Below, piece after piece: positions 1 through 9,469 of a DNA stretch of 33,705 nt. Source of the stretch: an uncultured Clostridia bacterium (lineage in GTDB: Bacteria > Bacillota > Clostridia > TANB77 > CAG-508); NCBI GenBank assembly GCA_947627555.1, contig CANQWL010000002.1, forward strand, positions 1-33,705, given 5' to 3'. Made by a program: the position numbers and the translations under genes. The notes below the pieces were generated by a model that searched no databases, was not told the origin of the DNA, and saw only the letters and a list, made by a program, of their open reading frames with translations. The stretch's first letter is position 1. Each line of letters starts with the position of its first letter.

Positions 1-16
1 TATATATTTTTTTGCA

Positions 17-64
17 TAAAAAAGTAAAGTGCATAAGTTTTGGTACCTTTAACTTACACACTTT
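17..64 (-). terminator. Rho-independent terminator downstream of the acyl-CoA ligase gene
   Basis: Imperfect 14-bp stem, 26-39 pairing with 51-64 (12 of 14 pairs). On the minus strand it is followed by a T6 run (plus-strand A run at 18-23). Confidence 0.55.
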
Positions 65-143
65 ATTTTACACTATCGATTAAACTCAATTTCCTTTTAT
101 AGTCTTATGTTTAAAAAAATTTAAAATTGGATCTATTATTTTA

Positions 144-1868
144 TTATTTCATTTCAAGACATTTTTTAATCTCTTCATTTCTTTTAACTTTCTTTGTTGT
201 TGTTTTTATTAACTCTTCATCCGTTAAAATCATATGTTTAATATATTTATATGGTGGAAAAGTTTTATTAATTTCCTTAATTTGTTCCCAAATAATTTCT
301 TCTAATTCTTCTTTTGAACTATTTGGATATTTTTCCTTTGCTACTTCTTTATCATATACAATTTTTACAGATAATTTAACATCATCTTTGTTACTTACAT
401 TAGGCATACCAAATACTATACATTCTGAAACAAGGTCTAATCTATTAATTAAAATTTCTAGTTCATCTGGAAATACTTTTTTACCATTTTTCAAAACTAT
501 TACATCCTTTTTTCTTCCTGTAATAAATATGTATCCATCTTTATCTATATATCCTAAATCTCCCGTATAGAACCATCCATCTTTCAAAACTTCTTTTGTT
601 GCTTCTTCATTTTCATAATATCCAAGCATTACATTAGGACCTTTTACTTTAATTTCTCCAATTCCATTTTCATCTTTATTTTCAAATTCAATTTCTACAT
701 TTTCCATTGGAATTCCTATTGAACCATATTTTAGTTTTCTTGCATTTTCTGATGCAAGAACTGGAGCTGTTTCTGTTAATCCATATCCTTGTACTAATCG
801 TATACCTAGTTCATTAAACCCTTTAGCAACTTTTTTATCTAAAGGTGCTCCTCCTGATACAACATACCTTAAATGTCCTCCAAGTTCATCTAGTATTTGC
901 TTAAATAATTTTCTTCTAATATCAATGTGGAATTTTAATAATATGTTACTAACTTTTTTTGCAATTTCTACTGTTTTTGTTTTTCCTTGTTTCTCAATTC
1001 CTTGCACCACCTTTTTATAAATTGCTTCTATTAATAATGGAACTCCTATAAATACACTTACTTTATATTCTTTTAGATTTTGTGCTACATATCGTAATCC
1101 ATCTGGAAATGCTGTTGTTACTCCTGCTGCAAGCATTACTATTAATGCAGTTGATCCATAAACATGATGACATGGCAAAAATGCTAAATTTACATCTGTT
1201 GGCAAAATTTCTTCTACTAATAACATAGAATATACATTTGAAGCAATATTGTTTTGTGATAGCATAACTGCTTTTGACTTTGATGTTGTTCCTGATGTAA
1301 ATAATAAAATGTTCATTTTATATGAATCTATTTCTGCTTCTATGTATTCCTTTTTTCCTTCTTCTATTAATTTGTAACCTTCTTCTAGTAATGTTGCTAT
1401 ATCTTTATAGCCTTCTAGTTTACTCATACAAATATATTCTTTTAGGTTTCCATTTCCTCTTTTTTCTATTTCTTTTATATTGTCTTTATATTTTTCATCA
1501 AAAACTACTACATCTGCTTTGCTTCTAATTAAACAACTTTCTAATTCATCTACTTGTAGCTCTTTGTCAAGTGGCACAGATACTATTCCACCTAAAAGAT
1601 TTGCTAAATGTGTTATAGCCCATTCATATCTATTTCTTCCAACAATAGCAACTCTTTTATTTTTAAATCCTAATTCATAAAATTTTGTACCTAATGCATT
1701 TATATCTTCTAATAATTTTTTATATGTAATATTTTTGTATTTTACCTCTTTTTCCTTCTTTTCTTTTATGATATATGCGATATTTTCTGAATATTTTTCT
1801 ACAGCATAATATATTAATTCTTTTACATTTTCACAATTAGGTGACTCAAAGTATTTTTCTCTTTCCAT
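144..1868 (-). CDS. AMP-dependent synthetase/ligase, long-chain-fatty-acid--CoA ligase-like
   Basis: 574 aa. AMP-binding motifs are LFTSGTTSKSKAVML (motif I), QGYGLTE and YTGDLGYIDKDGYIFITGRKKD. An AAGGAG RBS lies 9 nt upstream of the ATG. Confidence 0.9.
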   Translation of the reverse strand: MEREKYFESPNCENVKELIYYAVEKYSENIAYIIKEKKEKEVKYKNITYKKLLEDINALGTKFYELGFKNKRVAIVGRNRYEWAITHLANLLGGIVSVPLDKELQVDELESCLIRSKADVVVFDEKYKDNIKEIEKRGNGNLKEYICMSKLEGYKDIATLLEEGYKLIEEGKKEYIEAEIDSYKMNILLFTSGTTSKSKAVMLSQNNIASNVYSMLLVEEILPTDVNLAFLPCHHVYGSTALIVMLAAGVTTAFPDGLRYVAQNLKEYKVSVFIGVPLLIEAIYKKVVQGIEKQGKTKTVEIAKKVSNILLKFHIDIRRKLFKQILDELGGHLRYVVSGGAPLDKKVAKGFNELGIRLVQGYGLTETAPVLASENARKLKYGSIGIPMENVEIEFENKDENGIGEIKVKGPNVMLGYYENEEATKEVLKDGWFYTGDLGYIDKDGYIFITGRKKDVIVLKNGKKVFPDELEILINRLDLVSECIVFGMPNVSNKDDVKLSVKIVYDKEVAKEKYPNSSKEELEEIIWEQIKEINKTFPPYKYIKHMILTDEELIKTTTKKVKRNEEIKKCLEMK

Positions 1869-1885
1869 ATTTTTTTGCTCCTTAT

Positions 1886-1902
1886 CTAGTATTCAATACT
1901 AG
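1886..1902. promoter_or_regulatory. Perfect 8+1+8 palindrome CTAGTATT-C-AATACTAG in the divergent intergenic region (possible operator)
   Basis: Read directly. It lies 18 nt upstream of the ligase start codon and between the divergent ligase and DUF1836 genes. Confidence 0.3.
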
Positions 1903-2021
1903 ATTATCATATATGCGATAACATGTCAATAAAGTTGACTATCTCTTCTAAAAATGTTATGATATTTTTGCAAATGAATTTTGTAAATAGCTATTATACT
2001 AATATTATAAGAGGTAATTTT

Positions 2022-2543
2022 ATGGAAACATTAGAAAAACTAATTAATTATAATGAAGAAATAAAAAATTTTCACCTTCCAAGATGGCGAGAACTTCCAA
2101 ATATCGATTTATATTTAGATCAAGTTGTATCTCTATTAGACAATTATTTATCTAGCTATTTAAAGGAAGATAGTGAAAAAGATGGTAAATTTATAACAAA
2201 AACTATGATTAATAACTATGTAAAACATGGCGTTGTAAAGCCACCTATAAATAAAAAATATAGTAAAGAACACATTGCTTATTTATTTGTTGTATTTACC
2301 TTAAAACAAGTTTATAGTATAGAAGATATAAAAAAATTAATTGAACTTGCAATAAAAACTTCTCCTACAAAACAAGCTTATAATTTATTTTGTAATGAAA
2401 TAGAAAAAGCAATTAGATTAACTTTTATTGGAGAGAATTATATTGATCATAATAAACTTACTCAGGAACAATATCTTTTAAGAAATGTTGTTCAATCTTT
2501 TGCAAATAGGCTTTATGTTAAAAAAGTTTTTTTAAAAAATTAA
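2022..2543 (+). CDS. DUF1836 domain-containing protein
   Basis: The track ORF is 1923-2543. I prefer the ATG at 2022 (METLEKL...), which is preceded by an AGAGGT RBS. The pattern LPRWRELPNIDLYLDQV...TKTMINNYVKHGVVKPPINKKYSKEHIAYL is typical of the DUF1836 family, judged from memory. Confidence 0.7.
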   Translation: METLEKLINYNEEIKNFHLPRWRELPNIDLYLDQVVSLLDNYLSSYLKEDSEKDGKFITKTMINNYVKHGVVKPPINKKYSKEHIAYLFVVFTLKQVYSIEDIKKLIELAIKTSPTKQAYNLFCNEIEKAIRLTFIGENYIDHNKLTQEQYLLRNVVQSFANRLYVKKVFLKN

Positions 2544-2580
2544 ATTTTTTCTGTCTAGTATTTTTAATATAACTAAAAAA

Positions 2581-2613
2581 CTTAAGGACGCAAATTTATT
2601 ATACGCCCTTAAG
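2581..2613. terminator. Bidirectional terminator hairpin between convergent genes
   Basis: CTTAAGGACG ... CGCCCTTAAG stem, flanked by an A run upstream and a T-rich stretch downstream. Confidence 0.5.
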
Positions 2614-2614
2614 T

Positions 2615-3148
2615 TTAATTTTCTACTTGTATTTGTTCTGTTTCTTGTTTAATTTCATATTGTTCTTTATTTTCATCTTGTAATTTATGCAATTTTAACA
2701 TTACAAATCTTGCAATTGGTTGTGCAATAAAACACTCTACAAAAAATGCAATTGCAAAATTTCTTGGCCATTTATAAAAAAACATATGAATTGGCTCCAT
2801 ACTAATATGTCTTGTTCCAATCCAAGTTCCAATAACAGTTAATAAAATTGACATCAAGAATACTGTACAAAGAACATTAATAATTATATGTGATTTAAAA
2901 CTATCTTTTTCATCTACTATTTGTGCAGTTAGCCATTCTGCAGGTTTATATGTAATAAGAACAACTGCTATTACACTTAACCAAATAAAAGGAATTACTT
3001 TAAGTACATCAGCCCACACATATAGATGAAATCCTACTTCAAAGCATGTAATTAGTGGTGCTAGTATATTGACAGATATTATTGAAATTATTGCCATAAA
3101 TAAAGTAAATTCTTTTTTATTTCTTGGTAATTTCATAAAAAACTCCAT
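2615..3148 (-). CDS. DUF2798-like integral membrane protein
   Basis: 177 aa with several hydrophobic helices and a KLPRNKKE N-terminus typical of DUF2798, judged from memory. The true start may be the second ATG at 3136, which has GGAG 6 nt upstream. Confidence 0.55.
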   Translation of the reverse strand: MEFFMKLPRNKKEFTLFMAIISIISVNILAPLITCFEVGFHLYVWADVLKVIPFIWLSVIAVVLITYKPAEWLTAQIVDEKDSFKSHIIINVLCTVFLMSILLTVIGTWIGTRHISMEPIHMFFYKWPRNFAIAFFVECFIAQPIARFVMLKLHKLQDENKEQYEIKQETEQIQVEN

Positions 3149-3203
3149 TTTTTCTCTTCTTCCTCCTTTCTTCTACTTTAATGGTCTATTTTTTTACAAA
3201 ATA

Positions 3204-3230
3204 AGCGTGAGACCTGTTAGATCTCACGCT
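3204..3230 (-). promoter_or_regulatory. Terminator-like hairpin in the 5' leader of the DUF2798 gene
   Basis: 9-bp GC-containing stem AGCGTGAGA/TCTCACGCT. On the minus strand it is followed by TTATTTTGT. It lies between the predicted promoter (3261-3289) and the RBS, and is enclosed by an outer TAATGGT/ACCATTA pairing. Confidence 0.4.
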
Positions 3231-3260
3231 GAACCATTATACGCGTTTTTCAACGTACCT

Positions 3261-3289
3261 ATTATATATTATCTTTTAATTTTTTTCAA
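3261..3289 (-). promoter_or_regulatory. Sigma-A type promoter, TTGAAA-17 nt-TATAAT
   Basis: Minus strand reads cTTGAAAaaaattaaaagataataTATAATagg. The spacing was counted directly. Confidence 0.55.
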
Positions 3290-3406
3290 GAAATAAATCA
3301 AAATTTTTTTATTTTTATTTTTAAAGTTTAATATATTTTTATGCATTGATAATAAATAAAATTTTAAAAAATATTATTATATAAATTTAAATTAATTAAC
3401 TTATGA

Positions 3407-3448
3407 GATGACGAACAAAGTAAAATAATTTTACTTTATTCGTCCATC
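3407..3448 (-). terminator. Long imperfect hairpin downstream of the VanW gene
   Basis: GATGACGAACAAAGTAAAA ... TTTTACTTTATTCGTCCATC, with one bulge and one mismatch. The T tract is poor, so function is uncertain. Confidence 0.3.
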
Positions 3449-3501
3449 TTTAAGTTAATTTTTTTAAAAAGCATTATACTGCCTTTTTGATTGGCATCAC
3501 A

Positions 3502-4224
3502 TCATTTTGGTATACACCTTACTGTCTTTTCTTTTTTTATTATTTTAAAAATCTTTACGGTAACAGTTTGGCCTTTTGCAATTACTTTTATCCGGATTGG
3601 AACTTTTTTTGTGTTTATTACTTTTAAGTCCTTACCTCCATCATATGTAACTGTAGCTTCATAGTCATTTGGACCTAGATAACCAACAGCTTCAGAATGA
3701 GGCATTGCAACTGTTTTTAATCCTGCTTCTATTGCTGCACTATTAATAGTACTAGCAACTTGGCAAACTCCTCCGCCTAATCCATCAACAAAGTTCCCTT
3801 TTGCTATTACTGTTGCACTCTTAAACCCTTTTTCTGCTGTAGTTTCTCCTACTACCTCTAACCATGAAAAGGTTTCATTTGGCTGCAATTTATAACCTTT
3901 TCCATCTTCTCCATTAATTATATCTCCTGCCACTTTCATATTGACATTGCGATTTCCATAAGAGTGATAATTAGTTATACTATGCTTGCTAATGAGTTTT
4001 TTCTTGTAAGTTACTACCTTTTTGTACTGATATACAATTGGTGTGCTTGTTGGCTCCGGCGCTGGTGTTTCAGTTACAATTGCATTTTCTTGCTCTGCTA
4101 TATTTGGATTGTTAATATTATTTGTCTTTTTTTCGATAATTAAACCAATAAAAAAGGCAAATGTACACAATATTATACCTCCTACTATGCAGATTCTAAA
4201 AATCCGTTGTGTTTTCTTTTCCAT
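3502..4224 (-). CDS. VanW family protein (N-terminal membrane anchor)
   Basis: 240 aa with an N-terminal TM helix. VanW-domain pattern FSWLEVVG...GGGVCQVASTINSAAIEAGL. AAGGAGG RBS. Confidence 0.8.
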   Translation of the reverse strand: MEKKTQRIFRICIVGGIILCTFAFFIGLIIEKKTNNINNPNIAEQENAIVTETPAPEPTSTPIVYQYKKVVTYKKKLISKHSITNYHSYGNRNVNMKVAGDIINGEDGKGYKLQPNETFSWLEVVGETTAEKGFKSATVIAKGNFVDGLGGGVCQVASTINSAAIEAGLKTVAMPHSEAVGYLGPNDYEATVTYDGGKDLKVINTKKVPIRIKVIAKGQTVTVKIFKIIKKEKTVRCIPK

Positions 4225-4411
4225 AATGTGATATCCTCCTTTAGATATATATATTTTATGTTACCGATATATTTTATCACTTTTTTCCTTTTTTGTAAAC
4301 ACTTCTCTTAAAAGATTTTAGTAAAAAAATTCCTTATATCACAATCTATTGCTACAATTTATTTACATTTTATTTGTTTTTATGTTGACACGTATTAGTA
4401 ACTTATAGATA

Positions 4412-6247
4412 TTATTCTTCTACTTCTTCAAACTGACTATTATATAAATCTGCATAGAATCCATTTTGTGCAAGTAACTCATCATGAGTACCTTGTTCAA
4501 CAATATCTCCATGATTTATAACTAAAATCAAATCTGCATTTTTTATAGTAGATAGTCTATGAGCAATTATAAAACTTGTTCTACCTTTCATTAAATTATC
4601 CATTGCTTTTTGAATTCTAATTTCAGTTCTTGTATCTATTGAGCTTGTTGCTTCATCTAAAATTAATATTTTAGGATTTGTTAAAATAACTCTTGCAATT
4701 GTAAGCAATTGCTTTTGTCCTGCTGAAACATTACTTGATTCTTCATTTAATATTGAATTATATCCCTTTGGTAAAGTTTTGATAAAATGATGAACATGAG
4801 CAGCTTTCGCAGCTTGAATTATTTCATCATCTGATGCATCTTCTTTTCCATATTTAATATTGTCTTTTACAGTTCCTCCAAATAACCATGTATCTTGAAG
4901 AACCATTCCAAACATTTTGCGTAGTTCTCCTCTTTTAAAGTCTTTGATATTGTGTCCGTCTATTAATATTTCTCCAGAATTTACATCATAAAATCTCATT
5001 AATAATTTAACCATTGTTGTTTTACCAGCCCCTGTTGGTCCAACAATTGCAATTTTCTGACCTTGTTTTACATCTGCACTAAAGTCATTTATAACTACTT
5101 TTTCTGGATTATATCCAAATTGTACATTTTTAAATTGTACATTTCCTTTTAATTCTGATGTATTAATTTCACCTTTTGATGTTTCTTGTTCTTCTGGTTC
5201 TTCTAAAAATTCAAATATTCTTTCTGCTGCTGCTATCATTGCTTGTAACATTCCTGATATTTGGGCTATTTGTGATATTGGCTGAGTAAATTGTTTGTTG
5301 TATTGAATAAAACTTTGAATATTACCAACTGTAATAGTTCCTTTAATTGCTAAATATCCTCCTGCTACTGCTATTCCAGCATAAGATATATTTCCTATAA
5401 AATTCATTAATGGATGCATTAATCCTGATAAAAACTGTGATTTCCATCCTGAACGATATAATTCATCATTTGCTTTTTTAAATTCTTTCTCCGCTTTCTT
5501 TTCTCCATTAAATACTTTTACAACATTTAATCCACTATATATTTCTTCTACTTGACCATTAACATGACCCAAGTAGTCTTGTTGCTTTTTAAAATACTTT
5601 TGAGATTTTCCTACTATTTGCTTCACAATTAATACTGAAATTGGCAATACGATTAGCGAAATAAGTGTCATTTGCCAGCTAATTGAAAGCATCATAACTA
5701 AAATTCCTATCAATGTGCAAATTGCTGTAATAATTTGAGTTATACTTTGATTTAAGTTCATACTTAAAGTATCAATATCATTTGTAATAATAGATAATAC
5801 TTCTCCATTAGTTTTTCTGTCAAAATAATTCATTGGTAGCTTATTAATCTTTGTTGCAATATCATTTCTTAATTTATAGGTTATTTTTTGTGACACACTT
5901 GTCATTGTAAAACCTTGTATAAAGGAGAATAATGCACTTACAATATATAAACCAAGTAAAGTCAATAAAATTTGTGCAATTTTTCCAAAATCTATTCCAT
6001 CTCCACCAGATAGTTTGCTTATTAGACCATTAAAAATTTCTGTTGTTGCATTTCCAAGTATTTTTGGTCCTACAATTGTAAATATTGTACTTCCAATTGC
6101 AAATATAAATACGATAATTAGTGCAACTTTATATTTTGATAAATAATTATTAATTAGCTTTTTTGTTGTTCCTTTAAAGTTTTTTGCTTTTTCAATTTGT
6201 GGTTTTGCACCTGGTCCTCGTCTTGGTCCACCCATTGGTCCTGGCAT
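4412..6247 (-). CDS. ABC exporter, fused permease/ATPase subunit (consensus ATP site)
   Basis: 611 aa. Six-helix TMD followed by an NBD with Walker A GPTGAGKTT, signature VSAGQKQLL, Walker B ILILDEATS and H-loop IIAHR. The RBS lies 7 nt upstream. Its start is 3 nt after the upstream gene's stop. Confidence 0.95.
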   Translation of the reverse strand: MPGPMGGPRRGPGAKPQIEKAKNFKGTTKKLINNYLSKYKVALIIVFIFAIGSTIFTIVGPKILGNATTEIFNGLISKLSGGDGIDFGKIAQILLTLLGLYIVSALFSFIQGFTMTSVSQKITYKLRNDIATKINKLPMNYFDRKTNGEVLSIITNDIDTLSMNLNQSITQIITAICTLIGILVMMLSISWQMTLISLIVLPISVLIVKQIVGKSQKYFKKQQDYLGHVNGQVEEIYSGLNVVKVFNGEKKAEKEFKKANDELYRSGWKSQFLSGLMHPLMNFIGNISYAGIAVAGGYLAIKGTITVGNIQSFIQYNKQFTQPISQIAQISGMLQAMIAAAERIFEFLEEPEEQETSKGEINTSELKGNVQFKNVQFGYNPEKVVINDFSADVKQGQKIAIVGPTGAGKTTMVKLLMRFYDVNSGEILIDGHNIKDFKRGELRKMFGMVLQDTWLFGGTVKDNIKYGKEDASDDEIIQAAKAAHVHHFIKTLPKGYNSILNEESSNVSAGQKQLLTIARVILTNPKILILDEATSSIDTRTEIRIQKAMDNLMKGRTSFIIAHRLSTIKNADLILVINHGDIVEQGTHDELLAQNGFYADLYNSQFEEVEE

Positions 6248-6249
6248 AC

Positions 6250-8586
6250 TTATTCCTCCTTTCCTTCTTTATTGCTTTCTTTATTTTGTTTTTCTTCACG
6301 TTCATTATTATTTTCTATCATCTTATTGTTATTACCATTAAGTTCTTCTTCTGATAATTGAGATAAAGCAATTTGTCTGTATGTTTCATTATCTCTCATT
6401 AATTCTTCATGAGTACCAGTTCCAACTACTTTTCCTTCATCTAATACAATAATTTGATTTGCATTTAAAATGGTACTAATTCTTTGTGCTACTATAATTA
6501 CTGTTTTATTTTCTGTTTTTTGTGCTAATGCTTCTCTTAGTGCTGAATCTGTTTTAAAATCTAGTGCTGAAAAACTGTCATCAAATACAAATATTTCTGG
6601 ATCTTTCGCAATTGCTCTAGCTATAGATAGACGTTGTTTTTGTCCCCCACTAACATTGCTTCCTCCTTGCGAAATATCATCTTTATATTTTTTCTCTTTT
6701 GTTTCTATAAATTCTACTGCTTGTGCTATTTCTGCTGCCTGTATCATTTGTTCATCAGACATTTCTTCATCTGCATATTTTATGTTTGATTCTATTGTTC
6801 CTGAAAATAAAATTCCTTTTTGTGGTACAAATCCAATAATGTCTCTTAATTTTTTAATTGAAACATCTTTGATATTTACACCATCAATTAAAAGTTCTCC
6901 ACCTGTTACATCATAAAATCTTGGTAATAGATTAACAATAGTTGATTTTCCACTTCCTGTACTTCCTATAATTGCCGTAGTTTCTCCTGGTCTTGCTGTA
7001 AAATTAATATCTTCTAAAATTTCAGTATCTGCATCTGGATATCTAAAACATACATTTTTAAATTCTACTAATCCTTTTTTATTTGTATCAAATTCTTTTG
7101 TTTTTCTTTTTTCTTTTATTGATGGTTCTGTTTCAATTACATCCATTATACGATTTGCTGAAACAGATGCTCTTGGAAGCATAATTGATATCATAGATAT
7201 CATTAAGAATGAAATTAGAATTTGCATCATATATTGGATAAATGCCATCATATTTCCTACTTGTATAATTCCTTGGTCTACTCCATGTCCTCCTACCCAG
7301 ATAATCAAAATCATCATTGAATTCATTACAAACATAAGCATTGGCATCATCATTGACATTGCTCTATTTACAAATATATTTGTTTTCATTAAATCTTGAT
7401 TTGCTTCGTCAAATCTTCCTTCTTCTCTCTTTTCTGTATTAAATGCACGAATAACTGGTAAACCTGTTAAAATTTCTCTTGATACTAAATTTAATTTGTC
7501 TGTTAAGTCTTGTAATTTCTTGAATTTAGGCATTGCAATAAAGAATAGTGTTCCTACAATAAATAGAATTGCAAGTATAGCTACTCCTACAATCCATGCC
7601 ATTGAATTATCACTATTTGTTAAAACTTTAATAAATCCGCCTATTCCCATTATTGGTGCGTATACTACTACTCTAAATAGCATTGTAATTAATTGTTGAA
7701 TTTGTTGTATATCATTGGTGCTACGCGTAATTAATGATGCAGTTGAAAATTCACTTAATTCTTTATTAGAAAAACTTAATACTTTTTTAAATACTTTATT
7801 ACGAAGAGTTTGACCAAGTTTTGCTGCAACTCTAGATGAGAACAATATAATTAATACGGCAGATACCATACTTATTAATGCTACTCCTAACATTTGAATT
7901 CCTGAAAGTAGTATGTAATTATTTTGAAGTTTATCTGTATCTACACCTAGATCTTTATACATTTGCTTTATTGTTGCTACTGCTGCTTGCTCTTTAATAG
8001 AATCTGACATTTCATCTATTTGCTTTGTATATTGTTCTAATAAAGCTTTTCTTTGTTCTTGTGGCATGTTTTTTATTATATCTACTAAATTCTGTGAAAT
8101 AATCATTTGTCTTTGAGCCTCTGGCATATTATTTGCCATTTGCTCTTTTATTTGATTTGCCATTTCTTCATTTTTTATTGTATTTAGTTCCATTAATGGA
8201 GTAGAAATTATCTTTGTAAGCTCTTGTTCTGTTTCCTCTCCTATTTCATTTAATACATAAATACTATTAGGCTCTATCTTATAATTTTTACTGAAATATT
8301 GTTCTATTATTTTACTTTGTTCTTCACTTAAATTACTTCCTAAAAGTGTATAGTTATTCAAAATCTCTTTATTCTGATTTGTAAGAATAAGAATTAATTC
8401 CATATCTTCTTTTGAAATGAATTTTGGTACTAATGTTTCAATTCCTCCTGCTTGAATGCCAACATTTACTATTTTTGATGTATAATCTGGCAATGCTAAA
8501 TCTGCTGCTGCTTGCACACATAGCAATACTACAATAATAACTACTGACCAAAATGATTTTTTTAGATTTTTTAATACCTTTAACAT
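6250..8586 (-). CDS. ABC exporter, fused permease/ATPase subunit with a large TM1-TM2 insertion and a degenerate Walker B
   Basis: 778 aa. Walker A GSTGSGKST, signature VSGGQKQRLS, and Walker B IFVFDDSFS (Asp where the catalytic Glu is expected). There are roughly 165-190 extra residues between the first two TM helices and an acidic, Lys-rich C-terminal tail. Confidence 0.95.
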   Translation of the reverse strand: MLKVLKNLKKSFWSVVIIVVLLCVQAAADLALPDYTSKIVNVGIQAGGIETLVPKFISKEDMELILILTNQNKEILNNYTLLGSNLSEEQSKIIEQYFSKNYKIEPNSIYVLNEIGEETEQELTKIISTPLMELNTIKNEEMANQIKEQMANNMPEAQRQMIISQNLVDIIKNMPQEQRKALLEQYTKQIDEMSDSIKEQAAVATIKQMYKDLGVDTDKLQNNYILLSGIQMLGVALISMVSAVLIILFSSRVAAKLGQTLRNKVFKKVLSFSNKELSEFSTASLITRSTNDIQQIQQLITMLFRVVVYAPIMGIGGFIKVLTNSDNSMAWIVGVAILAILFIVGTLFFIAMPKFKKLQDLTDKLNLVSREILTGLPVIRAFNTEKREEGRFDEANQDLMKTNIFVNRAMSMMMPMLMFVMNSMMILIIWVGGHGVDQGIIQVGNMMAFIQYMMQILISFLMISMISIMLPRASVSANRIMDVIETEPSIKEKRKTKEFDTNKKGLVEFKNVCFRYPDADTEILEDINFTARPGETTAIIGSTGSGKSTIVNLLPRFYDVTGGELLIDGVNIKDVSIKKLRDIIGFVPQKGILFSGTIESNIKYADEEMSDEQMIQAAEIAQAVEFIETKEKKYKDDISQGGSNVSGGQKQRLSIARAIAKDPEIFVFDDSFSALDFKTDSALREALAQKTENKTVIIVAQRISTILNANQIIVLDEGKVVGTGTHEELMRDNETYRQIALSQLSEEELNGNNNKMIENNNEREEKQNKESNKEGKEE

Positions 8587-8673
8587 CTTTACTCCTCCCG
8601 GTACTAAGATACGCTCCTCTTTTCTTTAAAAAAGGAACGTATCTAAATCTCTCTAATTAAATAACACTGTATC

Positions 8674-8703
8674 ATTATATGTGACACAGTGTTATTTTGT
8701 CAA
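8674..8703 (-). promoter_or_regulatory. Sigma-A type promoter TTGACA-18 nt-TATAAT for the ABC operon, overlapped by the inverted repeat AACACTGT/ACAGTGTT (8663-8693)
   Basis: Minus strand reads cTTGACAaaataacactgtgtcacaTATAATgatacagtgtt. The 8-bp arms bracket the -10 box. Confidence 0.55.
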
Positions 8704-8742
8704 GCTAAGCTTTATGAAAATTGTGTGAATTTTTGTAGAATT

Positions 8743-9396
8743 TTACATCTTTCTAAATACTCCTGCAACTTTTCCTAGAATTTCGCAGTTTGGTACTATT
8801 ATTGGGTCCATTGTACTATTTTCTGGTTGAAGTCTAATATGGTCTGTTTCTTTGTAGAATGTTTTTACTGTTGCTTCTTCTCCAATTAACGCTACAACAA
8901 TTTCTCCATTATTTGCAGTATTTTGTTTCTTTACTAAAATATAGTCTCCATCTAAAATTCCTGCTTCTATCATGCTTTCGCCTCTAACAGTAAGCATAAA
9001 GCTTTCTGAATTTCCAACAAAGTCGATTGGAATTGGAAATGTGTCTGTTATGTTTTCTACTGCTAAAATTGGCTCTCCTGCTGTAATTCTGCCTACTATT
9101 GGAACTTCTACTAATTCTTTTTGTGTATAGAAATCTTTGCTTGATGTTGCTTTTGGTTCTCCTGTTCCTCCTTTTAGTAGTCTTAATGTTCTTCCTTTTT
9201 TATCTTGTTTTTTGATATATCCTTTTTCATCTAGTTTTGCTAAATATCCATGTACTGTTGCTGTTGAACTTAATCCTACTGCTTTTCCTATTTCTCTTAC
9301 TGATGGTGGATATCCTTGTGTCATAATTTGTTTTTCAATAAATTTTAGTATTGCTTTTTCTCTTTTATTTAACTCTGGTTTATTTTTTCTTGGCAT
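8743..9396 (-). CDS. lexA: LexA repressor (S24 peptidase)
   Basis: N-terminal winged-helix region ([23 protein letters not shown]), Ala-Gly cleavage site (RITAGEP), catalytic Ser (RGESM) and Lys (VKK). The track ORF starts at a GTG at 9405. The ATG at 9396 has GGAG 8 nt upstream. Confidence 0.95.
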   Translation of the reverse strand: MPRKNKPELNKREKAILKFIEKQIMTQGYPPSVREIGKAVGLSSTATVHGYLAKLDEKGYIKKQDKKGRTLRLLKGGTGEPKATSSKDFYTQKELVEVPIVGRITAGEPILAVENITDTFPIPIDFVGNSESFMLTVRGESMIEAGILDGDYILVKKQNTANNGEIVVALIGEEATVKTFYKETDHIRLQPENSTMDPIIVPNCEILGKVAGVFRKM

Positions 9397-9469
9397 ATTT
9401 ATCACTCCATTTCCATTATTTTGCTACATCATATCATACAAACAAAAAAATGTCAAACATATTTTTGAT

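Noticed and set aside
3069-3296. 75-aa plus-strand ORF across the DUF2798 start and leader
   Set aside because: It overlaps the minus-strand gene start, promoter and hairpin, has no RBS, and has a low-complexity sequence.
9453-9468. Possible LexA (Cheo-type) box upstream of lexA: TCAAACATATTTTTGA
   Set aside because: It is palindromic, but it matches GAAC-N4-GTTC only weakly (AAAC...TTTT). It also overlaps the stop region of the upstream gene. This is not enough to call an SOS box.
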